From Fibrobacterota bacterium (lineage in GTDB: Bacteria > Fibrobacterota > Fibrobacteria > UBA5070), in assembly GCA_016715065.1 (NCBI GenBank), contig JADKBN010000013.1, positions 64,588-128,587 on the forward strand: DNA of 64,000 bases. The letters run 5' to 3'. Numbering within the stretch: the first letter of the stretch is position 1; each line of letters opens with the position of its first letter. The position numbers and the translations under genes were made by a program. The notes below the pieces were generated by a model that saw only the letters and a list, made by a program, of their open reading frames with translations, made no database searches and was not told the DNA's origin. Shown piece by piece: positions 35,984 to 45,742 of the stretch.

Positions 35984-38900
35984 ATGTCCCGCATCCTGGC
36001 GATTTTGTGCGCACTCGCCCCGTTCGTGTCCGCTGCCAAGACCGTGATCCTGCAAAATCCGTGGACAGGCGCGGACCTGCCCCGCTATCCACCCTCGATC
36101 ATTATGCCCGATGCAGGCGGGTTCAACACCCTGACCCAAGCGGCCTTCAGCGACAAAAGTTACTGGTCGTACACCTTCGCGAGCAACACTCCCGGCCGGT
36201 TCTACTTCGTCAACACCAACTCGACCGATTACCAATACGGAACCACGGGTTTCCGTCCGACGGGTTCGGCTCCGGCAACCTTCGATGTGGATGCGCTGTT
36301 CGCCGGGAGGGATACGGTGTGGATCGTTCCGGATACCACCAATCCCCGCCCTCGCATTCCTGCCATCACCGCCACCGACCCCATGGGAAAGCGCATGGTG
36401 GTCATGTTCCGCAGTCCCTGGTCGGGAACGCCGCGCTTCAGGGCTCATGGTGGGGATTGGGGCAACTTCGCGCAGGTCTCCAGCGCCAATCTGTGGTATT
36501 CGGCGAGCCTGGCCGGACTGGCCGACCTGAAGCTGGCAATCAGCGACTACAACGGCATGTACTTCCTGGGAGCTGCCGGACAATCCACTTCTTCCACCAC
36601 CACGCTCGACCTGGATGCCGCCCTGGCCAACAACGACACCGTGTGGATTATCGGTGCCGCCACCGGCGCGCCCAAGGTGGGAAGCTACGTCTCCAGCCAG
36701 TCCGTGGTCCTGCTGAAGAATCCATGGGAAGTGACAAATTCCGGAACTCCCCCCGCGGTCGGCTTCGATCAGACCGGTTCGTGGAATTCGATGACCGCCG
36801 CCGCCGGATGGCCGGGTTGGTACGCCGCGACCATCCCAAACGTGTACGGAAACATGACCTTCCGCAACGGGGTCGCGGGCACTTCCTACCTGAGCTCCAT
36901 CGGGATCGCGAGCTCGGGCTATCCATTCACGATGGATACGGCCCTGCTCAAGAACGACACGGTCTGGGTGGTTCCTTCGGCTTCCGGCACGCATTCGGTC
37001 CTGAGCGCGCCGCCTGCCGCTCGAGCGGTCACGCTGATGTTGCGCAATCCCTGGGATTCCCTCAATCCAAGACAGCCACCATTCGCCCGGATCGAAGGCG
37101 CCGACTGGGCACCGTTGGCCGCGGCCCCTGGAGGATGGTTCGCCCTTTCCACGGCGCTTTCCGGCTCCAGGCTGCAAGTGGGCATCCGCAACGCCACCGG
37201 GACGTCCTACCTGAGTTCGATCGGATTGACGTCGGTTTCCTCCAACTACATGGTGCTGGACACGGCCTTTGCCAGAAACGACACGATCTGGATCGTGCCC
37301 CAGCCGAACTACTACCACCTCGCGTTGTCCTCGGAGCCGCAGCCCCGCCAAGGCGTGGTCATGCTCCTCAATCCGTGGGAATCCAACTATCCAGGCCTCG
37401 CTCCCCGCGTGGAGATCGAATCCCAAGGGCAGGCGACGATGTCTCCCGTGGCCGCGATGCCGGGATGGTACAGCGCGCCGATCCAATTCTACGGGAGTCT
37501 GCTCACCACCTTCTGGGACAATGCGAAGAGCTACTCGAAGGGACGCTACGTCCTGGACACGGCCTATGCCAAAAACGACACCATCTGGGTGACGTTTCCG
37601 TCATCGTCTTCCGTACCCAGGGTGTCCAGCGTCCAGCCCCCGGAAAAAACGATGACCATCCTGTTCAAGAGTCCATGGGATTCCATCGCCCCCTTTCTGC
37701 CAGGATCTGTCCAGGTGGAAGGAAGGGCCTGGGTGCCGCTGGCGCCCGTGGCCGGATCGGCGGGATGGTATGCGGCCACCGTGAACTTCTTCACGACGCT
37801 TCAGGTGGACATCCGCGATTCGAAGGGGACGTCGTTCCTCAGCGCGTGGGGCACCGCCTCGACGACTTCGGCGCTTCTGCTGGACACCGCCTACGCGAAA
37901 AACGATACGGTTTGGATCGTGGGCGGGGCGGGAAACAACACGCCCATTTCCGTGTCCACCGCGGCGCCCGCCACGCGTCCCTTGACTCTCCTGCTGCAGG
38001 GACCTTGGGAGTCCGTCGATCCCGGCGTGGCTCCCTCCATCCTCGCCAACGGCAGAAATTGGCAATCCTTCCAGGCCCATCCGACGCTTCCCGGCTGGTA
38101 CGCATCCTCCCTGGATCTCTACGGGCCGGCGATCGTGCAGATCCGAAACGCCGCCAGGACCTCCTACATGTATTACGGCGGAACGGCGACGTCGAACTGG
38201 TACACCCTGAGCCTGGACACTGCCTACGCGAAAAACGACACCCTGTGGATCCATCGGAATGCGTCCGGAACCTTGAGCGTGGTGCCGACGGCGCCGAGCC
38301 TCAAGCCCGTCACGATCCTGTTCAAGAGTCCATGGGACACGGCCATTCCCGGCCAGCCGGGCCAGTTCAATGTGGAAGGACACGGATGGAGGGTCTTGGT
38401 GCCCCTCGCGGGATCGGCTGGCTGGTACGTTGGAACGGACACCTTCATCGGATCGCTGCAATTGGCGATCCGCGACTCCAAGGGAACCTCGTACATCGGT
38501 TACAACGGCACCACGTCGTCGGCTTCCTCCACCGTCCAGCTGGATACGGCCTACGCGAAAAACGACACGGTGTGGATCGTGGCGGGAGCGGGCGTCGGAA
38601 CCCAGCCGGGCATCTTCACCAGGGAGCCGCCCGCCCGCCCGTTGACCGTGATCCTCCAAAACCCCTGGGAGGCAGCCACACCCGGGGCGGCCCCTTCCCT
38701 CCTGGTCAATGGCAAAAACTGGCAATCCTTCCTGGCATACGCGCCGCGACCGGGGTGGTATTCCGCTTCCCTGGACTTCTACGGATCGCTGGCCGTTCAG
38801 ATCCGCAACACCGCGGCCACCTCCTATCTCTCCGCCAACGGCACGACCTCCTACAATTCCAGCCCCATGACCTTGGATACGTCCTACGCCAAAAACGACA

Positions 38901-41900
38901 CGATCTGGATCGTGGCGGGGCCGGTCACCGTGCCGCGCATCTTCTCGGTGGATCCGGATCCGAAACCGATCGTGCTGATGCTCAAGAATCCCTGGCAGGC
39001 GACCTATCCCGGCCAGGTCCCGTACATGCAGATCGAAGGAGGAGCCTGGAGCCAGGCCGTGCCCGTCGCCGGCGATACCGGTTGGTACAGCACATCCTCC
39101 AACTTCATCTCCGCCTTGCAGGTGGCGATCCGCCTGGGGACCGGCACCAGCTACCTGGGGGCCGACGGCACCTCCAGCCAGTTCTTCGCCATGGTGCTGG
39201 ATTCGCTGGCCCGCAAAAACGACACGATCTGGATCACCGATGGAACCGGCGGCAAGCCGCCGCGGTTTCGCACAATGAACCCGAAGACCTCGAAGGTCGT
39301 GATGGTGCTCAATCCCTGGGATGGCGTGCTTCCGCTCCAAAGACCGGTCGCTTTCCTTGGCGGAGGCTCAAATGGACAGGTTTTGTCTCCTTCGATGGAG
39401 AATTGCGGATGGTATTTCCTGGAGACCGAGGCCTACCCGAAGGATGTCCTGTTCCGTTCCTCTCGAACAGGGGAAGGTTTCGGCGCGGCGGGGATCGGAT
39501 CGAGCATCGCGCTTGACCTGACCGGGAACATCACGGACACCGTCTGGGTGGCCCCCGGAGGCTCGCTGACGCGAATCTCCTACCTGCCGATTTCCGACAA
39601 GGGGACTTGCGCGATCGCGCTCGTCCCCGCCACGGTGCGCGATTTCAAGTACGCGGCCTTGGGGGCGCCCAACTCGGGACTGGCCACGAACCTGGTGACC
39701 GACCGGCTCGGTGCGGACCGCAAGCCCGTCATCCGCAGAGGAAGCTCCGTGCCGCCCCTGCAAGCCGCATGGTTTCGGGATTCCAGCGGAGTGAACGCCG
39801 CCACTTGCCGGGATCTGGCCATGACGCTGGACACCCTCACGGGCACCTACCGGATGGCCAATTCGACTTTCTATCCCATCGACGACTTCGTGACCTTGGC
39901 GGGCGGCGGCGCCAACCCCTTCAACGACAAGTCGATGAACGCATACACGAACAATTTCGGATTCTGTCTGGAAAGCCATGGCCAGTTCCGCTATCGTCGG
40001 GGCCAGAAGGACACCATTGCCGGTCAGGACGACCTCTTCCACTACCTCAACGGGAGCCTGGTGGCCAATCTCGGCGGGACCCACGGGACCCTGACGAAGG
40101 CCGTGGGCTTGGACACCCTGGGGCTGGTCGATGGGAACGTCTATCCATGGGACCTGTTTTTCTGCGACCGCATGAGCTCCACCTCGGTCCTCAATTGGAG
40201 CATGCCGGGATTGCTGCCCAATCCAATGGCCCGGGTGGATTCTTCCGTGACGGGAAATGTCTCCACTCTCAAGGTGTCGTCGCTGCGAACCAGCGGACAA
40301 GGATGCGATCGCGTGGAAACGCTGGCGCCCACGCGCGGGGATGTGCGGTTGAAGGCCCTCTACGACACGACCTGGATCACCTTGCAGGCAGGTGTGCACC
40401 ACGGAGGAATCCGCGTGTCGGACAGCTCCGGGGTCCAGGTGGACACCTCCGCGTTGGTGGGTCTTCCCTACGGGATCTACGTGGTCCGGTTGCGCGCGAC
40501 CAGCGACACGCTCGTGTTCCGCGACCTGGTCTTCCAGATCGAAGCCCCTCCGTACATGCATCCGTACACGCCCAATGCGCGCTGCGATCTGAAATCCGGC
40601 ACGATGCGGAGCAATGCGGGGTGCATCCACCTCTCCGACCTGGATGGAGACACCTTGCGGATCTCCCGCAACTCCACCCGGCTTTCGACGGAGGGGCTGG
40701 TCCTGTGCGGCTCCGCATCCACGGTGGTTCCGGGCACCGACATCGCCTATCTGCAGGACAATTCCGGCAGCATGGACGACAACGACCCCACCCGACAGAG
40801 AGGACTCATCGTGGAGGAGGCGATCAATCTCCACAGCCAGCTCGCGCCGAGCTCGAACGCGGCGTATCTGCCGTTCGAATCCGATTTCACCTCCACCAGG
40901 CTCTACAACATCACCGATCCGGTGGAGCGCGCCGACCTGATCTCCTCGATCACGCTGGGAAACAGCGGCTTCACCTCCTACTCCGGAGCCCTGGGTTGGG
41001 CGCGTGCCTTGCTGGAAGGGGCCACCTCGGGCGCCAAGACCATGGCGCCTTCTCCCAACCAGAACAAGGCCATCATCCTGATCTCCGATGGAAGGCCCGA
41101 CGACGAGACTTCTTCCTACCGCGTCCTGCTGCCGCGCGCCACGACGAACTACCAGGGTTCGGTCTGGACACTTCCCGCCGACAGCTCGGTGCCGGTGTTC
41201 GGATTCATGATCACCACCGACGCGGACGCGATGACCAGTGGACAGGTTCTGTACAACATCGCACAGCGCTCGGGTGGGGAATTCATCGTGATTCCTCCGA
41301 ACGACCCGGACAGCCTTCGCTCGGCGATGATGACCGTGCTGGGGAACATCGTGGCCAGAGCCCGGCCGGACACCTTGCGGATCACCAACCAGGCCAATGG
41401 CCAGGTTTCCCGGGGTCTGAGCAGTGGTCGCGAAGGCGGGGGATGGAGATTCCGGCTGGATTCGCTGATGGGACTGGAGCCGGGCGTGAACGATCTGCAG
41501 TTGCGCGGCGTATTGTCGACGGATCGAGGCGACTCCGTGGTGAACGCCCGGTGGACGGTGGTCGTAGGCGACTCCCTCGACGAATTCGTGGTGGGGGGCA
41601 GGGACACCACCCTGACGCTCGCTTGCAGCGCTCCGACCCAGTTGAAGATCCGGCCACCCTCGGACACGACGCGCCATTTCGCGGATGCGCGCGATGTTTC
41701 GCTTTCCTTCTGGTTGGACGCCCGCTACGACAAGCTGCTGCAGAACACGGTCCAATTCTGGACCGACTTTTCGAGCGATACCGGCAGGAAGACCCTTGGC
41801 GCGACCTCGACTCCCAACGGCATCCGTGCGTATTCCAACATCTCCGTTCCCTGGTCGGGGTCGGTCGTTTCGCGCAAGGATTCCTCGGTACAGACGGATT

Positions 41901-44900
41901 TTGGCTGGGATACCCTCCGCGCCGTCTATCGCACTCCGCGGGATCGACGCGACACGGCGGTGGGATTTCTGCCCGTCTTCCGAGATTGGCCGGTCTCTGT
42001 GAGTCTTTCGCCGGACACCCTCAAAGGAGCCCAAGGCGAACTCGTGGTGACCGTCCGCGACCCGAACATCCTGCTGGATACGGTCCGGGTCAAGGTCTAC
42101 CAGAATCGCCGCGATTCGGTCTGGCTCCTTCTGCGTCGCGACAGCGTGGCCAAATTCACGGCGAAGCTGCCGTTCGTGCAAGGCGCGAGCGTGGTGCTTG
42201 GCGACAGCATCCTGCAGGCCGGCTCTTACCGGGTCGTCGCGCTCGATTCCGTGTTCGCGCTGTATCAGACCAGGCGCGATACGGCGATCCTGCGACGCCC
42301 GGATCCGCGCCTGAGATTCATGGACGCGGCCGGGAAGGCGATGGATTCCCTGCCGCCTCGGGTCATGGCGATCGGGGCACGGGATACCATCCGGGTGGGA
42401 TTGTTCGTCGACACGTTGCTGCTTTCCAACTCCACCGACAGCGTTTTCGCGACGGTCCCTTCCTGGCTTGCGGTGCGCACCTTGGCTGGCGGTGCCAGCA
42501 CGGGTCGGATGCGGTTGGTAGCCGGCAAGGTCGCGTTCACGGTTGCCACCAGCGGCCCCGGATTCGATGGCGATGTGCGCATCACCCGGCCCGCCGGTCC
42601 CGACACCCTCCATCGCCGCATCGATGTCGGTGGCTTGCGTCTGCGGTTTTCGGATGGCGCGGGACAAGTCCAGGACACCGCTCGCATCGACATGGATTTC
42701 CGGTCCGACACTCTCCTTCGCGTGGAGGTGTGGGACGGTGCGGCGTTGTGCGGGACTTGCGACGGATGGATGACGGATTCCGTCAGCAATGTCCACCTCC
42801 GTTTCCTGGACTCCCTGGGAAAACGGGTGGATTCCATCGCGATCCGGTCGGGTCGGGCCGTGTTCCGCATGGGTGCGGACGCTCCCGTGTCCAAAGCGAC
42901 GGTGGTCCTGAAGTCTGCCGGACTCTGGGCTCGTGGAGTGGCGACTCCGGTCGATTTCCGTCCCTACCGGCTGCGGTTCCTGGACGGATCCGGAGGGGTC
43001 GTGGACAGCGCCAGGGTGGATCGCGACATCCTGACCGACACGTTGGTGCGCGTCGAGGTCTGGGGGCGATCCGGCCTTTGCCTAGCCTGCACGGGCAAAC
43101 TCGGACTCACGGCTTCGATGCCTGGAGTCCGGCTCTCGGATTCGGATGGCGTGACCACGGATTCCATTTCCATCGAAGCCGGGCGCACCGCGCTGCGGAT
43201 CGGTTCCGAACGTCCGCTCTCGGGCGCAAAGGTCGTCCTCTCCGGAGCTCTCCTGGGTTCGGCCTCCACCGTGGATCCGGTCACTTTCCGTCCATACCGT
43301 CTGCGGTTCGTCCATCCTGACGGGGCGGTTTCGGATTCCTTCGCGGCCGACACCCTGGCACGACGCGCGGTCCGGGTGGCCGTGCAAGTATGGGGAGCCA
43401 CCGGATCGGTCCGGTGGAACGGGGTCTTGCGCATCGATTCGATCGGGCCGTCCTTGTTGGTCTCCGATACCACAGGCAAGACGGATAGCCTATTCCGACT
43501 GGTGGACGGCCGTACGGATTTCCTGATCCGCTCCGATGTTCCCGCCACCATGCGGATGAAGGTGTCGGTGGATTCGATCGGTTTGGAAACGGGCGTCGGT
43601 CCGATCACCTGGCGGATTCTGGCGCCAGATTCCGCGATCCTGATGGACAACGATGGAGACGGTGGCTTGGACGCGGTGCTCGTGAAGTTCGCCTTCCCCT
43701 GGAATCCGGACAACGGGATCGCTCTGAGTTGGCCGGATTCCGGCAACGTACTCGATCTTTCCAAGGCTTCACGGAAGGTTTCGACGGATTCTCTTGCCGT
43801 GGAGTGGCTCTTCGATCGCGCCCAATCGCCCAGGACCACCGCTTGGCGCCATGGCAGGGTGCCGGCGCGCTTCTCCTGGAATTCTGCGGCACCGTCGGTC
43901 CCCTTCCCGGCTTTGGAACGCATCGCGCCCATTCCTGTCCGCGCTCGGATCGTGCGCGGGACATCCAAGGACACCTTGGTCGTCTGGGCTTCGGAACCGC
44001 TGGATGCGAATCTCCTTTCCGGCGGTGCGGATCTCGTGTGGCGATCGTTCCCGGGGTCCAGCCGTGTGGAGTCCCAGGATCCTTCCTGGGACTCCCGTCG
44101 CCAGGCGCTGCTGCTTCCCATCGATCGCGCGAGGATCGATTCGCTTGTCCGCTCCGCGGATTCTGTCCGGTTCGCCCCGCGAGGCGCCGTGCGCGACGCC
44201 CTGGGCGCGACCGTCTCCGACACGGCCCCATCGGTGGAGGTGGAGGGATTGGATCCGGCGCCCCTGCGCGCCATCGTGTCGGATGGCGATGGCGACGGTC
44301 GTGCCGACCAGGTGGTGCTGCACTTCCAGCACGCTCCCAGGGTGGTCGACTCCTACCGGTTTTCGTGGCCGACACGCGATGGAAAATTGCTCGATCGCCA
44401 GGTGAAAGCGTCGGAGGGCGAGGCGGACTCGACGGGCAAGGTCCTTGTGTTCCGTATCGATCCGTGGGATTTCGGTGCGACCCAATGCGAGTCCGTTGGT
44501 TGTTCCGACCTGGGGAGGATGAGGACATCCCGTTGGGGAGACACCTTGGCTGGTGCCTTCGCCTTGGAAGACGGAGTCCTGCCGGTGATCCTGAAAGCGC
44601 AGCTCAGGTTCCGGCGCGACGCCCGCTCGCCGGATACGCTCCGGGCCGAAATGTCGGAAACTATCAAAGCGGGAGATGGCTCCGGATGGCTTCGCTTCGG
44701 GCGCGCCTCCCTGGACTCGCTGGGCCTGCAGATCGAGCGCATCGGACAAGTCGCGAAGGATGCCAGGATCCTCGAATTGTTGCTGGACTCCACCTTCGCG
44801 GGACAGGAAGGGGACTCGGTGCGTCTGGCCGCTTGGCCGGAGGGAGGAGTGGAAGATGGTGCCAAGAACCGTCCGGGTAGGTTCGTGCACTGGACGCCTC

Positions 44901-45442
44901 TGGAATTGGGCGCGCCTCGTGCCAAGCTCGTCGCCATGGTGTGGCCGGATCTCGCCAGGTACACGGGGTGGATGGTTCCTCCTTCCGAAAAGCCGCTTTC
45001 CGTGTTCTTGCGCTCCAATCAGGCGGCGCCCTGGAGAACACTGGATGGCCGGTCCCCCGGTCAGGCGACTTCCCATTACGCGGGCATCGTGTTGAAGACC
45101 AACAAGTCGCTGGAAAGCGCGAGATTGTTCCTATACGACAACATGGGTGTCGCCATCGCTTTCGTGGATCTCGCCGATGTCCAGCGGGCCGTCCGCGAAG
45201 GTCGCGTGGAGTCGTCCCTGCGCGGCGATGTGGACGTCTGGATCGCTTGGAACGGCATGAGCCGTCAAGGCTCCATGACACCCTCCGGGGTGTACCTCGC
45301 CCGCGTGGTGGGCTGGGTGTTCATCGATGGGCGGCGCGAGGTGGTCAACCAGGTCTACAACCTGGGTTGGCACAACCCTTACCCGGTGGAGCCACCGGCA
45401 GACCTGGAGTTCCTGCCGCAGGACGATTGGATGGACTGGTAG
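35984..45442 (+). CDS. Giant secreted adhesin-like protein (3152 aa) with at least 10 tandem ~115-aa repeats, a fibro-slime/PA14-like domain, a vWA domain and distal Ig-like repeats
   Basis: The ATG at 35984 gives the signal peptide MSRILAILCALAPFVSA. The repeat carries conserved NPW, GWY, TSYL and LDTAYAKNDTVWIV motifs. The vWA MIDAS motif is DIAYLQDNSGSM. The fibro-slime-like region is NFGFCLESHGQFRY. Repeats of FRPYRLRF...VRVEVWG follow. The ORF is uninterrupted over 9.4 kb. Confidence 0.85.
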   Translation: MSRILAILCALAPFVSAAKTVILQNPWTGADLPRYPPSIIMPDAGGFNTLTQAAFSDKSYWSYTFASNTPGRFYFVNTNSTDYQYGTTGFRPTGSAPATFDVDALFAGRDTVWIVPDTTNPRPRIPAITATDPMGKRMVVMFRSPWSGTPRFRAHGGDWGNFAQVSSANLWYSASLAGLADLKLAISDYNGMYFLGAAGQSTSSTTTLDLDAALANNDTVWIIGAATGAPKVGSYVSSQSVVLLKNPWEVTNSGTPPAVGFDQTGSWNSMTAAAGWPGWYAATIPNVYGNMTFRNGVAGTSYLSSIGIASSGYPFTMDTALLKNDTVWVVPSASGTHSVLSAPPAARAVTLMLRNPWDSLNPRQPPFARIEGADWAPLAAAPGGWFALSTALSGSRLQVGIRNATGTSYLSSIGLTSVSSNYMVLDTAFARNDTIWIVPQPNYYHLALSSEPQPRQGVVMLLNPWESNYPGLAPRVEIESQGQATMSPVAAMPGWYSAPIQFYGSLLTTFWDNAKSYSKGRYVLDTAYAKNDTIWVTFPSSSSVPRVSSVQPPEKTMTILFKSPWDSIAPFLPGSVQVEGRAWVPLAPVAGSAGWYAATVNFFTTLQVDIRDSKGTSFLSAWGTASTTSALLLDTAYAKNDTVWIVGGAGNNTPISVSTAAPATRPLTLLLQGPWESVDPGVAPSILANGRNWQSFQAHPTLPGWYASSLDLYGPAIVQIRNAARTSYMYYGGTATSNWYTLSLDTAYAKNDTLWIHRNASGTLSVVPTAPSLKPVTILFKSPWDTAIPGQPGQFNVEGHGWRVLVPLAGSAGWYVGTDTFIGSLQLAIRDSKGTSYIGYNGTTSSASSTVQLDTAYAKNDTVWIVAGAGVGTQPGIFTREPPARPLTVILQNPWEAATPGAAPSLLVNGKNWQSFLAYAPRPGWYSASLDFYGSLAVQIRNTAATSYLSANGTTSYNSSPMTLDTSYAKNDTIWIVAGPVTVPRIFSVDPDPKPIVLMLKNPWQATYPGQVPYMQIEGGAWSQAVPVAGDTGWYSTSSNFISALQVAIRLGTGTSYLGADGTSSQFFAMVLDSLARKNDTIWITDGTGGKPPRFRTMNPKTSKVVMVLNPWDGVLPLQRPVAFLGGGSNGQVLSPSMENCGWYFLETEAYPKDVLFRSSRTGEGFGAAGIGSSIALDLTGNITDTVWVAPGGSLTRISYLPISDKGTCAIALVPATVRDFKYAALGAPNSGLATNLVTDRLGADRKPVIRRGSSVPPLQAAWFRDSSGVNAATCRDLAMTLDTLTGTYRMANSTFYPIDDFVTLAGGGANPFNDKSMNAYTNNFGFCLESHGQFRYRRGQKDTIAGQDDLFHYLNGSLVANLGGTHGTLTKAVGLDTLGLVDGNVYPWDLFFCDRMSSTSVLNWSMPGLLPNPMARVDSSVTGNVSTLKVSSLRTSGQGCDRVETLAPTRGDVRLKALYDTTWITLQAGVHHGGIRVSDSSGVQVDTSALVGLPYGIYVVRLRATSDTLVFRDLVFQIEAPPYMHPYTPNARCDLKSGTMRSNAGCIHLSDLDGDTLRISRNSTRLSTEGLVLCGSASTVVPGTDIAYLQDNSGSMDDNDPTRQRGLIVEEAINLHSQLAPSSNAAYLPFESDFTSTRLYNITDPVERADLISSITLGNSGFTSYSGALGWARALLEGATSGAKTMAPSPNQNKAIILISDGRPDDETSSYRVLLPRATTNYQGSVWTLPADSSVPVFGFMITTDADAMTSGQVLYNIAQRSGGEFIVIPPNDPDSLRSAMMTVLGNIVARARPDTLRITNQANGQVSRGLSSGREGGGWRFRLDSLMGLEPGVNDLQLRGVLSTDRGDSVVNARWTVVVGDSLDEFVVGGRDTTLTLACSAPTQLKIRPPSDTTRHFADARDVSLSFWLDARYDKLLQNTVQFWTDFSSDTGRKTLGATSTPNGIRAYSNISVPWSGSVVSRKDSSVQTDFGWDTLRAVYRTPRDRRDTAVGFLPVFRDWPVSVSLSPDTLKGAQGELVVTVRDPNILLDTVRVKVYQNRRDSVWLLLRRDSVAKFTAKLPFVQGASVVLGDSILQAGSYRVVALDSVFALYQTRRDTAILRRPDPRLRFMDAAGKAMDSLPPRVMAIGARDTIRVGLFVDTLLLSNSTDSVFATVPSWLAVRTLAGGASTGRMRLVAGKVAFTVATSGPGFDGDVRITRPAGPDTLHRRIDVGGLRLRFSDGAGQVQDTARIDMDFRSDTLLRVEVWDGAALCGTCDGWMTDSVSNVHLRFLDSLGKRVDSIAIRSGRAVFRMGADAPVSKATVVLKSAGLWARGVATPVDFRPYRLRFLDGSGGVVDSARVDRDILTDTLVRVEVWGRSGLCLACTGKLGLTASMPGVRLSDSDGVTTDSISIEAGRTALRIGSERPLSGAKVVLSGALLGSASTVDPVTFRPYRLRFVHPDGAVSDSFAADTLARRAVRVAVQVWGATGSVRWNGVLRIDSIGPSLLVSDTTGKTDSLFRLVDGRTDFLIRSDVPATMRMKVSVDSIGLETGVGPITWRILAPDSAILMDNDGDGGLDAVLVKFAFPWNPDNGIALSWPDSGNVLDLSKASRKVSTDSLAVEWLFDRAQSPRTTAWRHGRVPARFSWNSAAPSVPFPALERIAPIPVRARIVRGTSKDTLVVWASEPLDANLLSGGADLVWRSFPGSSRVESQDPSWDSRRQALLLPIDRARIDSLVRSADSVRFAPRGAVRDALGATVSDTAPSVEVEGLDPAPLRAIVSDGDGDGRADQVVLHFQHAPRVVDSYRFSWPTRDGKLLDRQVKASEGEADSTGKVLVFRIDPWDFGATQCESVGCSDLGRMRTSRWGDTLAGAFALEDGVLPVILKAQLRFRRDARSPDTLRAEMSETIKAGDGSGWLRFGRASLDSLGLQIERIGQVAKDARILELLLDSTFAGQEGDSVRLAAWPEGGVEDGAKNRPGRFVHWTPLELGAPRAKLVAMVWPDLARYTGWMVPPSEKPLSVFLRSNQAAPWRTLDGRSPGQATSHYAGIVLKTNKSLESARLFLYDNMGVAIAFVDLADVQRAVREGRVESSLRGDVDVWIAWNGMSRQGSMTPSGVYLARVVGWVFIDGRREVVNQVYNLGWHNPYPVEPPADLEFLPQDDWMDW

Positions 45443-45459
45443 GATCCGCGTTCGGATCC
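45442..45459. repeat. Perfect hairpin ggatccg-cgtt-cggatcc overlapping the adhesin stop codon
   Basis: I read it directly. No U-tract follows. Confidence 0.4.
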
Positions 45460-45534
45460 CATCGGAAAATCCGGGATACGTATCGATGCACGCAAATGCG
45501 GATCGATATGCCCAATCGTGACGCCCCCAAATTG

Positions 45535-45567
45535 TTGTGGAGACGCCCCGCCGGGGCGTCTCCACAA
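45535..45567. repeat. Second copy of the REP-like palindrome (ttgtggagacgcccc gcc ggggcgtctccacaa), embedded in a roughly 300-bp repeat-rich spacer between convergent genes
   Basis: The core gagacgccccgNcggggcgtctc is shared with 22632..22664. The same spacer also holds ccggttatcggat twice and the palindrome accgggc-gat-gcccggt. Confidence 0.75.
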
Positions 45568-45742
45568 TGGGTGGGACGTCGCGACGCGTTTGGGGCGTGA
45601 TTGCGTCGTTACGTGGTTGGGGGCACCGGGCGATGCCCGGTTATCGGATCCGTTCGCGTGTACGACAGGCGTCGTTCGCTGTCCGGTTATCGGATTTGCG
45701 ACCCGCAAGCCGGGCACGTGATCGATGGGAAGGTGGGAAATT

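Noticed and set aside
34037-37486. The 1149-aa minus-strand ORF as one gene
   Set aside because: Only the distal 598 aa form an ABC-F ATPase. The proximal part overlaps the adhesin gene start and is junk-like.
35984-39560. The many N-x-T/S sequons (KNDT, NGTTS, NATGTSY) in the adhesin repeats as evidence of N-glycosylation
   Set aside because: The bacterial PglB sequon needs D/E at position -2, which is absent. The pattern is explained by the repeat consensus itself. This is speculative.
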